From a virus (taxonomy: Duplodnaviria; Caudoviricetes), in IMG/VR virus record IMGVR_UViG_3300011443_000038, positions 1 to 33,949 of that record: a DNA stretch of 33,949 nucleotides; one strand, written 5' to 3'. The translations under genes were made by a program, and so were the position numbers. Numbering within the stretch: position 1 is the first letter of the stretch; the number at the start of each line of letters is the position of its first letter. The notes under the pieces were generated by a model, which did not search any database, was not told the DNA's origin, and saw nothing but the letters and a program-made list of their open reading frames with translations. Shown here in pieces: positions 32,067 to 33,949 of the stretch.

Positions 32067-33641
32067 ATGGCCGGCATGTTCGATGATCTGGTTGAGCGGT
32101 ATGGGCAAGCGCAGCCTGCGCGGCCTCCTGACCCCATGCAGCCGCGACCGCAGCCGCAGCCGCTGTACAGCCGGCAGCGTCCGATATCATTCGATGACCT
32201 CCTGCCATCGGCGGAGCAGCGCATGCAGGGGGGCGTGGGGCCGCTCGTGCCATCCCAGACACCCGACCAGTTCAACGTCTTCCCCATGCGCAAGACCGGC
32301 CCTAATCCTGGGCAATGGGAGTGGGATGCAACTGCGGGCGTCTTTGGAAACCTCTTGCGGGCAACAACGGCCCCGGGGGATGTCGCGCGTGGGACGCTAC
32401 AAACGCCCTATTCTGGGGGCGGCCCGCGGCCTGACGCCGACCTTGCGTCGAGGGCGATGGATTTCGCGGGCCTCGCCGCAACCCCATCCCCATCCTACCG
32501 TGCAGGCGTGCGCTACGGCGTTGCCCCAGGCGGCATCGAGCCGCCATCAGCGGGCAGCTTGCGAAGGGTTGGCGGCGAGCAGCTCAACGCTGTCGGCACC
32601 TCGGGGTACGAGATACCATCATCCGCCCTAGGCGACGCATCGCGATCAGTCAGGCAGGACATCGCTCCCAGGTTTCTTGAGCCTGGGCAGGCTGGCCCAG
32701 GGGCCGCCCCATTGACGTATGGCAACCTGGATCGCATGACGAACCCGAAATACAGCTCGACATCGATCGCCGAACTGAAGGGGTACTACGACAGCCTGTC
32801 AGGCGTGATCGCGGGGGGCGGTAAGGATGCCGTCGCAGCCGGCATCGCCAGGGACAAGATCTCCGACATGATGCACAACCTCCAGAATTACGGAGGCAGG
32901 GCGCAGCCTGGGGTCACGCCAACCATGACCATGGAGGAGGTGGGGAAAACGTTCGATGCGGGCACGGGAAACTGGCGGGCAGGATCGAGCGCGAACCGCA
33001 TCACGGGCGAATTAAACCCCGCGACGAAGGGCATCCTCCGGGAGTTGGACGCCAAGCAGAACGTGGCAGGTGTCAGCTTTAACATGGATCGCCAGTTGCG
33101 AGCGCGAGCCGAGAAGATGCTGGCGGACAACGCCACGGTCGCATCCCTCCTGCCGGACGAGCAGAAGCTGCTGGAGGGCGTGCGGGACGGCACGCTGACG
33201 CGCAATGCGTTGCGTAATTTCGGGGAAGTGTTCGGCATATCAAACCCGCTACGGGCGGGAACGTCGGCGGCGGTTGGCGGCGCGCTTGGCGGCGGTGCGG
33301 GGGCCATGGGAGGGGCCTCGGCATTGGGCGGCGGCCTCCTGGGAGGCGGCATTGGTGCCGTCGCCCTCCCCGCAGCCGGCACGGTCGCCAGGATGGCGGG
33401 AAGCGGATTGACCCGCAAGGCCATCATGGCTGCGGAGAAGCTCATCAGGAGCAATGCTCCGCTTGCTGCGGCAGAGAGGGCGGCTGCCCCCATCGTGTCG
33501 CCCGTGCCCATTGGGCGCGATGCCCTGATGCAGCAGGTTTATAGGGGCATCCTGGCCCCAGCCCTTGAAGGCGAGCGGGACGAGGCCGGTCTGCCGAGGG
33601 GTAGGCGTCTCCTGCCCCAGGGATACGGCGGAGTGATCTAG
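32067..33641 (+). CDS. Ejection / DNA transfer protein
   Basis: MAGMFDDL N-terminus, helical body, Gly/Ala-rich hydrophobic segment near the C-terminus; last gene of the ejection cluster. Confidence 0.7.
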   Translation: MAGMFDDLVERYGQAQPARPPDPMQPRPQPQPLYSRQRPISFDDLLPSAEQRMQGGVGPLVPSQTPDQFNVFPMRKTGPNPGQWEWDATAGVFGNLLRATTAPGDVARGTLQTPYSGGGPRPDADLASRAMDFAGLAATPSPSYRAGVRYGVAPGGIEPPSAGSLRRVGGEQLNAVGTSGYEIPSSALGDASRSVRQDIAPRFLEPGQAGPGAAPLTYGNLDRMTNPKYSSTSIAELKGYYDSLSGVIAGGGKDAVAAGIARDKISDMMHNLQNYGGRAQPGVTPTMTMEEVGKTFDAGTGNWRAGSSANRITGELNPATKGILRELDAKQNVAGVSFNMDRQLRARAEKMLADNATVASLLPDEQKLLEGVRDGTLTRNALRNFGEVFGISNPLRAGTSAAVGGALGGGAGAMGGASALGGGLLGGGIGAVALPAAGTVARMAGSGLTRKAIMAAEKLIRSNAPLAAAERAAAPIVSPVPIGRDALMQQVYRGILAPALEGERDEAGLPRGRRLLPQGYGGVI

Positions 33642-33790
33642 ACCTCGCCGTATGCGGCGGCGACCAACGTTATCGTTACGAAGAGGACGAAGAGCGCGGC
33701 GAGAGCAAGCAGGACGCTCATATAGAGCCAACCGGCCAGCAGCAGGAACACCCACGCGGCAAACCACGCGAACAGAAAGAACGCTTTCAT
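33638..33790 (-). CDS. 50-aa antisense membrane peptide (candidate superinfection exclusion)
   Basis: GGAGGT RBS at 33800-33795; MKAFFLFAWFAAWVFLLLAGWLYMSVLLALAALFVLFVTITLVAAAYGEV; stop shares CTAG with the preceding gene. Confidence 0.7.
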   Translation of the reverse strand: MKAFFLFAWFAAWVFLLLAGWLYMSVLLALAALFVLFVTITLVAAAYGEV

Positions 33791-33865
33791 GTTTACCTCC
33801 ATCATTCTTGTGAGAGGGAACGCCGCCGTGAAAATTCTTGTCGCTGCCCCAGGAGGACGTACCCG

Positions 33866-33949
33866 ATGTGTGACGATACCCCGCGCTGCGTAACCCTGGC
33901 CGCCCATGCCCGCTGGGTCGAGGAGGCGCGGCAGCGGGGAGCGCCCCGA
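33866..33949 (+). CDS. Partial ORF running off the window end
   Basis: AGGAGG at 33851 followed by ATG at 33866 (MCDDTPRCVTLAAHARW...). Confidence 0.4.
   Translation, partial: MCDDTPRCVTLAAHARWVEEARQRGAPR

Larger units (their letters stand above)
1..33949 (+). mobile_element. Podovirus-like phage/prophage segment (replication, packaging, head, short tail, ejection proteins)
   Basis: Colinear TerS-TerL-portal-scaffold-capsid-adaptor-nozzle-ejection gene order; no tape measure, sheath or major tail tube gene; no host housekeeping genes; neither end of the element is in the window. Confidence 0.95.

Overview
The whole window (~65% GC, almost all genes on the + strand and translationally coupled) is a segment of a podovirus-like phage or prophage, probably infecting an alphaproteobacterium (inference). 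It runs from the end of the early/replication module (VRR-NUC, adenine methyltransferase plus PD-(D/E)XK nuclease, CHC2 zinc finger, DUF1376-type initiator with internal iterons, late regulator) through packaging (TerS, TerL), head (portal, scaffold, major capsid), tail (adaptor, nozzle, fibre with S74 chaperone) and ejection proteins. No integrase, lysis cassette, tRNA or CRISPR array is visible. Best observation: TerL carries a 240-aa intein (8071-8790) whose in-frame centre has no recognisable domain, while an intact HNH endonuclease with a Zn-finger tail is overprinted in the -1/+2 frame inside it (8211-8732). Other highlights: a head-tail adaptor fused to a ~1080-aa tailspike; a 28-nt hairpin motif with a compensatory base-pair change upstream of both scaffold and capsid genes; a DUF7178-like enzyme facing a self-promoted antisense gene; signal-peptide-bearing proteins in the late region; AT-rich synonymous patches over conserved motifs of TerL, capsid and portal; and a SieA-positioned antisense membrane peptide. 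All family assignments come from motif recognition by eye, not database searches.
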